Source: Cyanophyceae cyanobacterium (lineage in GTDB: Bacteria > Cyanobacteriota > Cyanobacteriia > Cyanobacteriales > JBHJGN01). Taken from it: a stretch of DNA of 40,235 nt. The translations under genes were made by a program, and so were the position numbers. Positions 19,527-29,372 of the stretch are shown here, piece by piece; within the stretch, counting starts at the first letter, position 1; each line of letters begins with the position of its first letter. The DNA lies in NCBI GenBank assembly GCA_050331735.1, contig JBHJGN010000032.1, positions 1 through 40,235 on the forward strand, in the 5' to 3' direction. Under the pieces are notes generated by a model. The model did not search any database. It was not told the DNA's origin and saw only the letters and a list, made by a program, of their open reading frames with translations.

Positions 19527-22323
19527 ACGCTTTGGCCTTGCTGCTACGCTCGCTTCTACGGCTGTCGTTCTCTTGGCTGTAGCTCGCCGGGGATTATTCC
19601 GGGGAGCGATGGCAGAAACCGTCGATTTCGCCTTCGATTTAATCGAAATTGCTGCCGTTGCTGTTATCTTTGCCGCCATATTAGCGCCCCTGGAAGCGCT
19701 GGGCTGGTGGGCTGGCTGGTATGGAGATAGTTTAGATACGGCAACAGGAACCCTAGAAGAACCGATTCCGCCTCAAACCAACGTCGTTCGCTATGTGGTG
19801 TACCTCGACGGCATTAGTCAAGCCACCTTTGAGTACGTGCCGGAGGTCAGTGAGTTTCTGCGTCAGTTAGCGATCGCTCTGCCCGATAACATCGCGATTA
19901 TTCGCGGAATCTTGCCCTACTCCCCGATCAATCGCCCAATGACCGAAAACCGCTTCCTGGCGTTCTTCTGGCGTTGGGCCGTTCGCCTGCGGCTGCAGCA
20001 CCCGAGAAGCTGGCTCAATTTTTTCATTAATATTCGCAACGTCTTCATCGTCGCCGTTTCAGCGGATCAGCGCTACGGACCGATCTACAATCAAGGCATT
20101 GCTCAAGTGATTTATAAAAGCCTAATCAGTCATGGCTATCGTGCGGGCAGCGGCGTTCCGATTACGCTAATTGGCTACAGCGGCGGCGGCCAAATTTCTC
20201 TCGGGACAGTGCCCTATCTCAAGCAGGCACTGGCGGCTCCGGTTGAAGTGATCTCTTTAGGAGGCGTTTTTAGCGGCAATAATCAGTTTTTGCAGCTCGA
20301 GCACTTTTATCATCTTGTGGGCAAAAGAGATCGCGTAGAGCGTATCGGCGCGGTTCTCTGCCCCCGACGCTGGTCTGTGGTGACACTCTCGTACTGGAAT
20401 CGTGCCAAAAAAAGCGGCAAAATCAGCCTAATTTCCTTGGGAGCCGTCGGGCATGAAGTCCCCGGAGGCATTATGGACGCGCATCGGACTCTCAGGGACG
20501 GTCGGACTCATCTTCAGCAAACCATCGAACTCGTCACCGGCATTATTCAAGGCTCGTTTCCCAATCCTCAATCCCTTCACCGTCGGCCAGGAAACTACGA
20601 CCGCTATCAGCAAGGACCGTTTAACCACGTCAGCTACTATCCGCTCTATCAGTCGCTGCCTCAGCAGTATCGTCCGGTGGCTCCTTGGATGGGGCGGTTA
20701 ATTCTACCGACGCTGAAGCAGCGGCAGCAGGTGCAGGGGGTTTGGTTTGAAGTTTGGAGAGCTGAGGCCGGGTACGAGCATTTGGTCGGTCAGGTGGTCA
20801 AGCTACGCTGGAGTCAAGACCCCCAAGTTCAGGAATACGTCCGAGCCGTAACGCGCGACGTGTACTTTAGTCCAGAAACCGAGTACAGTCGCCAGCAGGG
20901 CAAAATTCATCCTGACCGCCTCGACCGCTGGCGACAGGTCGATCCCCTCGAGTCGCTGGCCGGGGCCAGACCCTTCGATGACGTTGTTGTTAAGCTGGCC
21001 CATCCTACGGTGACAGAGAGTCCAGGCGGCATCATTTTTACCATTGCTCAAGAACCGATTCAAATTAGCGGGCCATTTTACGGCTTGGTTCAGTTTATCC
21101 GACCGCTGGTTGGCGATCGCTTCGTGGTCATCCATTTCAATCGCGCCAACCGCCAGTTCAGCGGACTGCAAGAAACGGTGCGGATGCCCCAAGTAATTGC
21201 CGACCGCAACGGCGTTTATCCCTCAACCAGCCATCAAATTGAGCAGTCGCCCCTCAATCAGTCCGGCTGGTATATCTATGGAGCCAAAGACCGCGAGGGA
21301 CTGTTTGTCGTCAGAGCGATCGCGCCTCGCGCTTTGTTTCAACTCAAGCCAGAGCGCGTCATTTCAGACTCCAAAGCCGCTCACTACATCAAAAACCAAG
21401 CGTGGCACAACATCAAGGCCAAGAAAGGAACGATCGAGTCGGTGCTGTGTTCCCTCCACAATCCCCAGCCTCTGGACCAGTGGACGGTCGGAACTCGCGC
21501 TCTGGTGGTTCACGTCTATGGCGGGATCGGCGGCAGCCAGCGCGAACCAGCGGCTCAGGGGCCGGTTTACTTCGGTCACTTTGCCTATGGAGTAGCGGAG
21601 GTGGTCTATGAACCCCTCGCCAACGAGTTGCGCTTTGACATCCACTATCATCAAGTCTACACCCACAACCCTAACGGCATTATTGCCGGGACTTTGGCTT
21701 GGTCTTGCTACATGGGCGATCGCCAGTGGGGCATTCTCGGGACTCGTCCCGTTGCTGATGTGCTCATCAACCTCGATGCCTTTACCGCCAGCTTCGACGG
21801 TCGGGCAGAATCGGCCCTAGACCGCATGAGTCGTCAGCTCGAAGCCATGACCGCTCGCTATCGCATTGGAGACGGTACTGGAGGAACCTATGTTGGACCA
21901 GCCAACAACTGTGCGCAAGATTCCAATCAAGCCCTCTATGCCACAATTAAGGATCTCGAAACTGACCTCAAGGCTGACGAGCAGTTCTACCAAAGCTGGC
22001 TGTCCGACTGCCCCCAGCAAGCTCAGCGTTTGCAGCAGTTGGTACAGTTAGAAAAAGACCTCAAGCGCCAGCTCATGCCTCTCGGGAACCCCAGAGAAGA
22101 CTGGGAAAGCAACGCCTACGTATTAGGAATTAGTCTAGAAGATCGCCCGGTGAGAAACTTGATTCGCGGGCTCGGCAGTTGGCGCACCATGTTGCCCCGT
22201 TTGGCGAGCGATACCGTAGTCAAAACGTTTCTCGAGCAAGGGGCATCCGTCTGGGTGCTGCGGACTAATCAAGTGGGCGGCAGCGATCCCAATATCGAAC
22301 CGATTGCTCCCGTTACCTTCTAA
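19510..22323 (+). CDS. Large membrane-anchored protein: alpha/beta-hydrolase-like domain plus conserved cyanobacterial C-terminal domain (family commonly labelled 'CAAX protease/abortive infection protein')
   Basis: N-terminal hydrophobic helices and APLEALGWWAGW; YLDGI; LIGYSGGG nucleophile elbow; C-terminal GHFAYG, RYRIGDGTG, NNCAQDS, WVLRTNQVGG. No CPBP EExxxR membrane domain is visible. Confidence 0.8.
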   Translation: MKRTVKRFGLAATLASTAVVLLAVARRGLFRGAMAETVDFAFDLIEIAAVAVIFAAILAPLEALGWWAGWYGDSLDTATGTLEEPIPPQTNVVRYVVYLDGISQATFEYVPEVSEFLRQLAIALPDNIAIIRGILPYSPINRPMTENRFLAFFWRWAVRLRLQHPRSWLNFFINIRNVFIVAVSADQRYGPIYNQGIAQVIYKSLISHGYRAGSGVPITLIGYSGGGQISLGTVPYLKQALAAPVEVISLGGVFSGNNQFLQLEHFYHLVGKRDRVERIGAVLCPRRWSVVTLSYWNRAKKSGKISLISLGAVGHEVPGGIMDAHRTLRDGRTHLQQTIELVTGIIQGSFPNPQSLHRRPGNYDRYQQGPFNHVSYYPLYQSLPQQYRPVAPWMGRLILPTLKQRQQVQGVWFEVWRAEAGYEHLVGQVVKLRWSQDPQVQEYVRAVTRDVYFSPETEYSRQQGKIHPDRLDRWRQVDPLESLAGARPFDDVVVKLAHPTVTESPGGIIFTIAQEPIQISGPFYGLVQFIRPLVGDRFVVIHFNRANRQFSGLQETVRMPQVIADRNGVYPSTSHQIEQSPLNQSGWYIYGAKDREGLFVVRAIAPRALFQLKPERVISDSKAAHYIKNQAWHNIKAKKGTIESVLCSLHNPQPLDQWTVGTRALVVHVYGGIGGSQREPAAQGPVYFGHFAYGVAEVVYEPLANELRFDIHYHQVYTHNPNGIIAGTLAWSCYMGDRQWGILGTRPVADVLINLDAFTASFDGRAESALDRMSRQLEAMTARYRIGDGTGGTYVGPANNCAQDSNQALYATIKDLETDLKADEQFYQSWLSDCPQQAQRLQQLVQLEKDLKRQLMPLGNPREDWESNAYVLGISLEDRPVRNLIRGLGSWRTMLPRLASDTVVKTFLEQGASVWVLRTNQVGGSDPNIEPIAPVTF

Positions 22324-22924
22324 GGTTTTTTCGCCGTTTCCGTTTGACTATCCAGACAACAGAGCCGGCAATCAAACCAGCAATTACCACTTTAGAGACC
22401 GGACCTAAATACTCTTCTACTCTAGAGTAGTTAGCGCCGAGTAAATATCCGGCATAGGTTAACAGGCTCACCCAGGCGGCGGTTCCCAGGGTTGAATACA
22501 GCAGAAACAGCCCAAAATTCATCTTGCTAATGCCCGCCGGCACAGACACGTAGGTTCTGATTCCCGGCACTAGACGCCCGAAGCAGGTAGCAACATACCC
22601 GCGTTTGTCAAACCAGTTTTTGGCTTTGACGACATCTTCTCCGGTAATCGTCAACCATTTTCCGTGGCGGTCGGCAAATTTTTTAATCCGTTTCAATCGC
22701 CAGCGGATCCCTAAGTAGTACCAGGGAAGTGCCCCTAAAATCGAGCCGACTACTCCCGCGATGACGACAAAGCTAAATCTCAGCTCTCCTGTATTGACGG
22801 TAAACCCGGCTAACGGCATAATCAGCTCCGAGGGAATCGGCGGAAAGACGTTCTCGAGAAACATCAGGAGGGCGATGCCCACGTATCCGAGGGAAGAAAC
22901 AGTGTTGGTGATCCAGTCGAGCAT
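22313..22924 (-). CDS. dedA: DedA family membrane protein
   Basis: LENVFPPIPSELIMPLAG, FGRLVPGIRTYVSVPAG. Confidence 0.93.
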   Translation of the reverse strand: MLDWITNTVSSLGYVGIALLMFLENVFPPIPSELIMPLAGFTVNTGELRFSFVVIAGVVGSILGALPWYYLGIRWRLKRIKKFADRHGKWLTITGEDVVKAKNWFDKRGYVATCFGRLVPGIRTYVSVPAGISKMNFGLFLLYSTLGTAAWVSLLTYAGYLLGANYSRVEEYLGPVSKVVIAGLIAGSVVWIVKRKRRKNLRR

Positions 22925-23121
22925 TGATTCGTCGCAGCTTGAGAGGGTTCCTGTTGGTCGCTAGACGAAGATTAACATAAGTAAAGGCGACCATGCCTCT
23001 ACCCGATCTCCTCTTTTCAAAAGAATTTTCAGAGAATGTACGCATTACCGAACAGGGTTGATACTATGTAGCTATTCAGCCCCCTCTGTGATCATGGTTA
23101 AGCGATCACATCAGCCTATTA

Positions 23122-23343
23122 ATGATTGAGCCTGACTATCCTAAAATCATTTTGTCCTTTGCCTATCGCGGCGCCAAGATTGAAATTGATCGGAGTGAGT
23201 TTGACGGACGCGCGGTCTATGCAGCTTGGGTTAGTTACGACCGTGGCTGCGCTGTTGCCGTTCCTTACGCTATATCTTCTGCTGAGGCTGTCAGAAGAGC
23301 AAAACGCTGGATTGATGTTCAATCTCAAACCCGTTGGCTTTAA
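23122..23343 (+). CDS. Small hypothetical protein
   Basis: 73-aa ATG ORF with globular composition (YRGAKIEI...YAAWV...AVAVP...AKRWID) filling the intergenic gap. Confidence 0.7.
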   Translation: MIEPDYPKIILSFAYRGAKIEIDRSEFDGRAVYAAWVSYDRGCAVAVPYAISSAEAVRRAKRWIDVQSQTRWL

Positions 23344-23599
23344 GATTGCCAAAAGTCGCAACGATGGTCAAGCATTTCAGCGAGGCTAGCTTTCGCAAAT
23401 CACTCCTGCCTCTTTCTTACTCACCAAGAGAGTTTCCAAAAACCTCTGTAACGACTCGCAAGGGCAGGAAGGCGGCTAGAAAGCCTGGGTTTCGCGAGCG
23501 ATCGTCTCAATGACCTGACCTCAAGGTGGGAATGAGGAGCGTCGCTCTTGACGTTAGCTACAATAGAGCTGTCGCGCTTACCATCGAGGATGCCTAAAG

Positions 23600-24511
23600 A
23601 TGACTTCTCAGTTGTTCTTGCAACGATTTTCTGGTCTGGTTTCCTCTTCATACTATTCGTATCTCTGGTGCTACCGCCTCTACCTTCAATTGCAAGGACG
23701 ACAATCTGCCGAGAAAATTGTTGTCTATCAGATGGGAAAAGTAGGCTCAACAACCATCTGGAGAAGTCTTGAGTCCCTCAATCTTGGCATACCGGTATAC
23801 CACGTGCATCGCCTTAGCCCTGAAGCCGTAAAAAGAGGATTACAAAAAGCGAAAGACAATTTTTCCAGTCTAAAGACTATCCATCCAGAAGTCGTGCATG
23901 CCGAATACCTACGTTCTCAGCTCGATCAGCTTCCCCTCAAGAAACCCTGGAAGGTGATTACTCTTGTCAGAGATCCTGTCGCCAGAACAATTTCCAAATT
24001 TTTTGAGAAAAATAAGCGCAAGATTCTCGTCAGCAAGGCTGAGGTTGACTCCGGAAATCAAAACTATCAAGAAACCTTGGAAAAGTTACTAACAGCATTC
24101 AGCGAAAAATATATTCAAGATGCCAACCCTCCGCATCCCTATCTGTGGTTTGAGAGAGAACTAAAGGCAAACTTTGGCTGCGACTTATTTTCAGAGACTG
24201 ATATTAAGAATAAACAATACCACATTTGTAATGTTGAAAATGCAGAAGTACTTTTGCTAAAACTTGAACACTTAAAAGACTGCCACCAATCTGCATTGCA
24301 AAAGTTTTTAGGAATTGACAATTTTACCCTAAAGTCAGAAAACGTCAGTTCAAAGAAAGAATATGGCAGTCTCTACAAAGATTTTTTGAACCAAGTTAAA
24401 TTATCAAGTGCGTATCTTGATGGAATTTACAACTCAAATTTGATAAGAAGATTTTACTCTGATGCCGAAATTGAGCAGTTTTATCAACGTTGGGAAAAGT
24501 GCCTAAAATGA
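23600..24511 (+). CDS. Sulfotransferase-fold, putative capsular polysaccharide synthesis family protein
   Basis: VYQMGKVGSTT (PSB-like), ITLVRDPVARTISKFF, NVSSKKEY, FYSDAEI. Confidence 0.8.
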   Translation: MTSQLFLQRFSGLVSSSYYSYLWCYRLYLQLQGRQSAEKIVVYQMGKVGSTTIWRSLESLNLGIPVYHVHRLSPEAVKRGLQKAKDNFSSLKTIHPEVVHAEYLRSQLDQLPLKKPWKVITLVRDPVARTISKFFEKNKRKILVSKAEVDSGNQNYQETLEKLLTAFSEKYIQDANPPHPYLWFERELKANFGCDLFSETDIKNKQYHICNVENAEVLLLKLEHLKDCHQSALQKFLGIDNFTLKSENVSSKKEYGSLYKDFLNQVKLSSAYLDGIYNSNLIRRFYSDAEIEQFYQRWEKCLK

Positions 24512-24620
24512 GGTTTAATTTTGGTAAACTCAGTTGAACATTTATTGATGCGATTCGCCTGCATCCGTCAAGATGAGAAGGCTAGGTAATACCATCTCTG
24601 GAAAGTAAAGCGACAGATGC

Positions 24621-24716
24621 GGGGTAGGGGAAAAAGGGGAAATCGTTACGACCGGAACGGGGAAGCGGTGCGACCCTGCGCCAGGGAACGCGCACCAAGA
24701 CGGGGAAGGGGAAAAG
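24621..24716. repeat. REP-like hairpin flanked by G-rich purine tracts
   Basis: GGTGCG-A-CCCTG-CGC-CAGGG-AACG-CGCACC (24667-24696) between GGGGTAGGGGAAAAAGGGGAAA and GGGGAAGGGGAAAAGG. Confidence 0.6.
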
Positions 24717-24719
24717 GTT

Positions 24720-25409
24720 TCAGCTCTCTTTTGTTTGTGTAGCATCACTATTAAGAAATGGTGTAACCTCACTCCTCAAAGTAGAGTAAAAGTAGGCAAT
24801 TGTTTCCGCAATGACGGCTCGCGCTCCATCACTCGTGGTCCACCAGGGCGTTTCATATTCAGCAGAAAGCGCGATCGCTCCCACTTTGATTTCTGGCTCT
24901 AGCGCTTGTTTAAACAGCAGCCAACTTCTGCGAGTATGCACATCATAGGAGTACAAATTCACAGACTCGATCGCGACTGGAGACGTTGCTAGCCACTGGC
25001 GAAGGGCCACTGCTGAAGCCGCAGTGCGATATTTCTTAACGTATGGCGCTGGCACAACGGCTAGTTGACTAGCATCGAAGCCAAGGGCAATGAGGGTATC
25101 TGCCGATAGCTGCGCTAAATTTTTGTACTGAGACAAAAAATGCCCTTTCGGAAGAGGCAGACCCGTGGTAATTAAGAGCTTGTAGTGTCCCCGCTCAAAC
25201 TCTGTCATGGCCGCTTTAAGCGCCTGATCGGACAACCATCCTTCCACGACCAAGGCATCAGCTTTTAAAGGCTTAGAGCAGGCTAGGAATGGCTGAATGC
25301 GAATGGCAAACAGCCAGAAAGCAACAATCGCCAAACTAACGATAACCAGCCAGCCTCGCAGAGTAAGCGTCCACTGTAGCCTGTATTCAAGTAAACCCCA
25401 AGTTTTCAC
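24720..25409 (-). CDS. YdcF/ElyC (DUF218) family protein
   Basis: N-terminal TM helix, ALVVEGW, LITTG, HTRRSWLLF, WW...E. Confidence 0.82.
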   Translation of the reverse strand: MKTWGLLEYRLQWTLTLRGWLVIVSLAIVAFWLFAIRIQPFLACSKPLKADALVVEGWLSDQALKAAMTEFERGHYKLLITTGLPLPKGHFLSQYKNLAQLSADTLIALGFDASQLAVVPAPYVKKYRTAASAVALRQWLATSPVAIESVNLYSYDVHTRRSWLLFKQALEPEIKVGAIALSAEYETPWWTTSDGARAVIAETIAYFYSTLRSEVTPFLNSDATQTKES

Positions 25410-25432
25410 TCGTCAGCAGCAGCCTGTATGAA

Positions 25433-26095
25433 TTACTCGGCTTTAGCGTAGCGCTTTTGCTTGAGGTAAGCAAACACCGACTTGTCGCCGATATCGGGGG
25501 GAATGGGCTGTACTACTTTACGAGCCGCAAACACAACAAATAGTAGTGCCCAGGCTGCTAACAGCAGTTGTTCAATTTTAGGGGTCAGTACGCCAGCTAG
25601 GTGTCCTAACAGCAGTAGCGGTACGAGAGGAGTTAAAAATTTTGTTTCTAAGCGGTTGAAGCAAAACGCTTCTTTAAAGTAAATGCCAGTCAAAGCGGCA
25701 AACGTAAATCCAATCCCAAACAGAGTCAGGGGGTGAGCGTAGACAAACAGCGCGAGCGGATCGCGGTATCGCCAAGCTAAAACACTCGCGGAGAGTGTCC
25801 CAACCACCCAAAATAGCTGTAGCAGACGATGCAGTGGGGCTAGATAAATATGAATTGTGACTAGACTGATAGCTAGCCCGAGCGAAAACACGGCGAATAG
25901 GAGCGTTAACGCTGTTAACACAGTTGATGTTGCCCCTTGCCATAACACAAGCAGACACCCAAGGGCAAAGCTAAGAGCGGCAGTGGCTAATCCTGACCGA
26001 TAGAGAATGACACCTCGGCGATCGCCTGGGGTAATGGTAAACTCTCCAAACTGTCCCTGATAAATTTCTGGTTGAGATTGCTGTATTGTTGTCAT
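25433..26095 (-). CDS. DUF2301 family integral membrane protein
   Basis: YQGQFGEFTIT, IHIYLAPLH, KEAFCF, DIGDKSVF. Confidence 0.9.
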   Translation of the reverse strand: MTTIQQSQPEIYQGQFGEFTITPGDRRGVILYRSGLATAALSFALGCLLVLWQGATSTVLTALTLLFAVFSLGLAISLVTIHIYLAPLHRLLQLFWVVGTLSASVLAWRYRDPLALFVYAHPLTLFGIGFTFAALTGIYFKEAFCFNRLETKFLTPLVPLLLLGHLAGVLTPKIEQLLLAAWALLFVVFAARKVVQPIPPDIGDKSVFAYLKQKRYAKAE

Positions 26096-26466
26096 GGTTG
26101 CTGACCGGGTTTTTTAGCGCTAGCGACAGGCAAAAGCCAGAAGTTGGCTTAGGAGTCTCTACCGATCATTTTACCGCTTGCACATTTCTCTGTCTTGAAT
26201 AGCAGAGTCGAGAAAATACTGAGGCGATAGTTTAGTTAGCTAGATGGCCAGCTCCTTTTTCTTCCTCTGGCATTCATTGTTACTGATCCGGATTAGCAGA
26301 CTCTTTTTTTAAAGTTTTTGTAAAGTAGTCCCGTGTGTTATGAAGAGCACTAGATATTTAGCCTGCTTTGAGGTATATTGCCAACAAAATGTGTCATGAT
26401 ACATAGCACTTTTTTTGTTGAGTGTCATTAATTTCCTAGGTCAACCTTCGATCGAGTCTCAATCCT

Positions 26467-27105
26467 ATGAATAAGAATTCATTACTAGCTGCCCTCACAG
26501 GCGCAGTTTGCCTTAGTGTAGGTAGCGGAGCCTTTAATCAGGCTAATGCTGTTACTTTCAACTTCAGCGGTTCAGGAGGATTTGCTAACTCCTTTACATT
26601 TACAGAAGAGGGGTTGTCGGTTACCGCCACGGCTTCTAACGTCACGGCTGGTGAAACCATTGACGCTCAGGTTACGCAAAATTCTGCTGGCTTAGGGGTT
26701 TTTGCCGGTGATGTCGATGAGAATTTACGAGTTGACGGCGACCTTGAAGGCTCGAGCAACGGTCAAACCAGCATCGATACTCTCGATTTAACGTTCGATA
26801 CGGAAGTTTTCTTTTCTTCTGCTACTTTCACAAGAATCGATAGCTCGGATGAGTTTGATCTATCAATCGATGATGGTGAAACAGAGCGTAGTGAACTTAA
26901 TCCTGTCGGAAATGGCACAGTAACGGTCGATTTTCCTAGCTTAAGAGGATCAACATTCTCATTCTCAGCTACCGACTTTAATGATGGCTACAGACTGCAA
27001 CAGGTTGAGGCAGCAATAGTTCCAGAGCCCCTGACTATTTTAGGTGCAGGGACGGCTCTGGGCTTCGGCATTGCCTTTAAAAAAAGAGCGAGCAAAAAGA
27101 GCTAA
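26467..27105 (+). CDS. PEP-CTERM surface protein (acidic, beta-rich)
   Basis: Signal peptide ending ANA; C-terminal VPEPLTILGAGTALGFGIAFKKR, the cyanobacterial PEP-CTERM form. Confidence 0.9.
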   Translation: MNKNSLLAALTGAVCLSVGSGAFNQANAVTFNFSGSGGFANSFTFTEEGLSVTATASNVTAGETIDAQVTQNSAGLGVFAGDVDENLRVDGDLEGSSNGQTSIDTLDLTFDTEVFFSSATFTRIDSSDEFDLSIDDGETERSELNPVGNGTVTVDFPSLRGSTFSFSATDFNDGYRLQQVEAAIVPEPLTILGAGTALGFGIAFKKRASKKS

Positions 27106-27154
27106 ACGGGAAATTCAAGTCTGCTCGTCGCTTAAAACACGATTGGTTCTGAAC

Positions 27155-27173
27155 AGGGCGCAACCTGCGCCCT
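27155..27173. terminator. Hairpin between convergent genes
   Basis: AGGGCGCA-ACC-TGCGCCCT, between the PEP-CTERM and ftsH stop codons. Confidence 0.55.
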
Positions 27174-27205
27174 CTTATTCAGCTCTTTTCGGCTCACGGG
27201 CTAAG

Positions 27206-29092
27206 CTACGGATAAACAACAAGCGGCTGTTGCTGAGTTTGCTCGTGAGTCACAATTTTGCGAAATTCATCTCCTTCAATCGTTTCTTTTTCGACTAGCA
27301 GATCGACAAGCCGATCCATCAAGCCGCGATTTTCCTGAAGAATTTGTTTGGCCCGCTGATGACAGTGGACAACGATTGAGCGCACCTGCTCATCAATGAG
27401 TGCTGCCCATTCATCAGAATACTCAGGACGATTCATAAAGTCGCCGCCCAGAAAGACTTGTCCACTATCGTTTTCTAGGGCTACCGGACCCAAATCAGAC
27501 ATCCCAAATTTAGTGACCATTTGCCGAGCTAAAGCAGTAACTTTTTCCAGGTCGTTACCGGCTCCGGTAGTGACCTCCGCATCTCCAAAAATGACTTCTT
27601 CAGCAGCTCTACCGCCGAGAATGCTGGTAATCCGAGCCATAAGCTGAGTGCGGGTGATTAAGCCTTGTTCTTCATCGGGAGTAAACCAGGTCAATCCTCT
27701 CGCCTGTCCTCGAGGAATTAGCGTCACTTTATCAACTGGATCGTGTCCAGGGCTAAGAGTGCCGACCAGAGCATGGCCGACTTCGTGATAGGCAATCAGG
27801 CGTTTACTTTTGCTGTCAGTCAGGGGAGTCCCTTCCATCCCTGCAACCACGCGATCGACCGCATCGTTGATCTCCAGCATGGTGATCGCTTCCTTGCGGC
27901 GACGGGCCGTCAGAATAGCGGCTTCATTAAGCAGATTAGCGAGATCGGCCCCCGTAAAGCCGGGGGTACGGCGAGCAATCGCCTCTAGAGATACGTCAGC
28001 CGCAATTTTTTTGTTCCGGGCATGGACTTCTAGGATACCGAGGCGGCCTTTCAAATCGGGAAAGTCAACGATCACCTGGCGGTCAAAGCGCCCCGGACGC
28101 AGCAGAGCAGAATCGAGTACGTCAGGGCGGTTGGTCGCGGCAATAATAATGATGCCGGTATTGCCTTCAAACCCGTCCATCTCGGTCAGTAGCTGGTTTA
28201 AGGTCTGTTCTCGCTCGTCGTTGCCACCGCCGATTCCGGCACCGCGCTGGCGACCAACGGCGTCAATCTCATCGATAAAGATTAGGCAAGGAGCGTTTTC
28301 TTTAGCTTTTTTGAACAAATCGCGGACTCGAGAAGCACCGACCCCAACAAACATTTCGACAAATTCTGAACCAGAGATACTAAAAAACGGGACGCCAGCT
28401 TCTCCAGCGATCGCTTTGGCTAATAGCGTTTTTCCGGTTCCTGGAGGACCGACTAACAAAACTCCTTTAGGAATCCGAGCGCCAATGGCGGTAAATTTTT
28501 CTGGCTGTTTGAGGAACGTGACTACTTCTTGCAGTTCCTCTTTGGCTTCTTCAATACCGGCAACATCGTGAAAATTAATGCCGGTTTTAGCCTCCATCTG
28601 AAATCGAGCGCGAGACTTGCCAAAGTTCATCGCCTGTCCAGAGGCATTCGCCGAACGGCGCAGGATCATCATCAGCCCGACCAGCAGCAGCAGCAGCAGC
28701 ATCAAGTTAGCAATCAGTCCTACCAGGGCCGTGTTATCAGGAGAAGGCTGAATGTCAAAGTCAATGCCATTGTCCCGAATTTTAGTAATTAGTTCAGGGT
28801 TTTGCTCAAACAGCTCAACTTCTCTTGGAGGCTCATCGGATTCTTGACCAGCTAGCGTTACTAGAGCGTTGTTCGTTTCGGGATCGAGTTCGATTCTCCG
28901 TACCTGTCCCGCTTCTATCTGCTCGATCAGTTCGCTGTAGGTCAGAGGCTCTTCTTCCCCATCTGCCCAGGCAGGAGTGGCCAGCAGAAGAGACTGAATC
29001 AACATCCAGCCAGTAACCAGTCGTCGGAGAGAACGGGCTGTACTCTTCTTTCTTTCGTCGAATGGTTCCATCCAAGAGAATTGTGTCATCAT
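27206..29092 (-). CDS. ftsH: ATP-dependent zinc metalloprotease FtsH (FtsH1/type-B-like)
   Basis: [18 protein letters not shown] motif [25 protein letters not shown] zinc site. [16 protein letters not shown] resembles the FtsH1 group. Confidence 0.98.
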   Translation of the reverse strand: MMTQFSWMEPFDERKKSTARSLRRLVTGWMLIQSLLLATPAWADGEEEPLTYSELIEQIEAGQVRRIELDPETNNALVTLAGQESDEPPREVELFEQNPELITKIRDNGIDFDIQPSPDNTALVGLIANLMLLLLLLVGLMMILRRSANASGQAMNFGKSRARFQMEAKTGINFHDVAGIEEAKEELQEVVTFLKQPEKFTAIGARIPKGVLLVGPPGTGKTLLAKAIAGEAGVPFFSISGSEFVEMFVGVGASRVRDLFKKAKENAPCLIFIDEIDAVGRQRGAGIGGGNDEREQTLNQLLTEMDGFEGNTGIIIIAATNRPDVLDSALLRPGRFDRQVIVDFPDLKGRLGILEVHARNKKIAADVSLEAIARRTPGFTGADLANLLNEAAILTARRRKEAITMLEINDAVDRVVAGMEGTPLTDSKSKRLIAYHEVGHALVGTLSPGHDPVDKVTLIPRGQARGLTWFTPDEEQGLITRTQLMARITSILGGRAAEEVIFGDAEVTTGAGNDLEKVTALARQMVTKFGMSDLGPVALENDSGQVFLGGDFMNRPEYSDEWAALIDEQVRSIVVHCHQRAKQILQENRGLMDRLVDLLVEKETIEGDEFRKIVTHEQTQQQPLVVYP

Positions 29093-29372
29093 CGGTGCTA
29101 CTTACGGTGCGAGTTGAATAAGAAAGCTACATGCTTCTAGAGCCGGGTATGAAGTTAGGGATTAAAGCAGCAGCTTCCAGAATACTGGTTGACCCCAGTC
29201 AGATTTTGAGTTTTGCGCTTGTGAGCGATTAGCCTTTAGCTCTAAGCAAGGACGCGAATGGAACTGGTAGATCCCGCTGTTGCTGGCGGTGCCGGTAACG
29301 GGTTAAAGTTCCCCTGTGTAATGACCATGCTGTTCAGCTCACAGCCTACAGCCAGGAGCCTTTAAAGGCCTG

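Noticed and set aside
26390..26405. TGTGTCATGATACATA near-palindrome upstream of the PEP-CTERM gene, as an NtcA or CRP box
   Set aside because: Spacing does not fit GTA-N8-TAC, and the right half is a poor match to TCACA.
27810..28571. 253-aa antisense ORF inside ftsH
   Set aside because: Typical shadow ORF opposite a highly conserved gene; Ser/Arg-rich with no motifs. The same applies to the many short overlapping ORFs within folD, cadA, hypF and the 937-aa gene.
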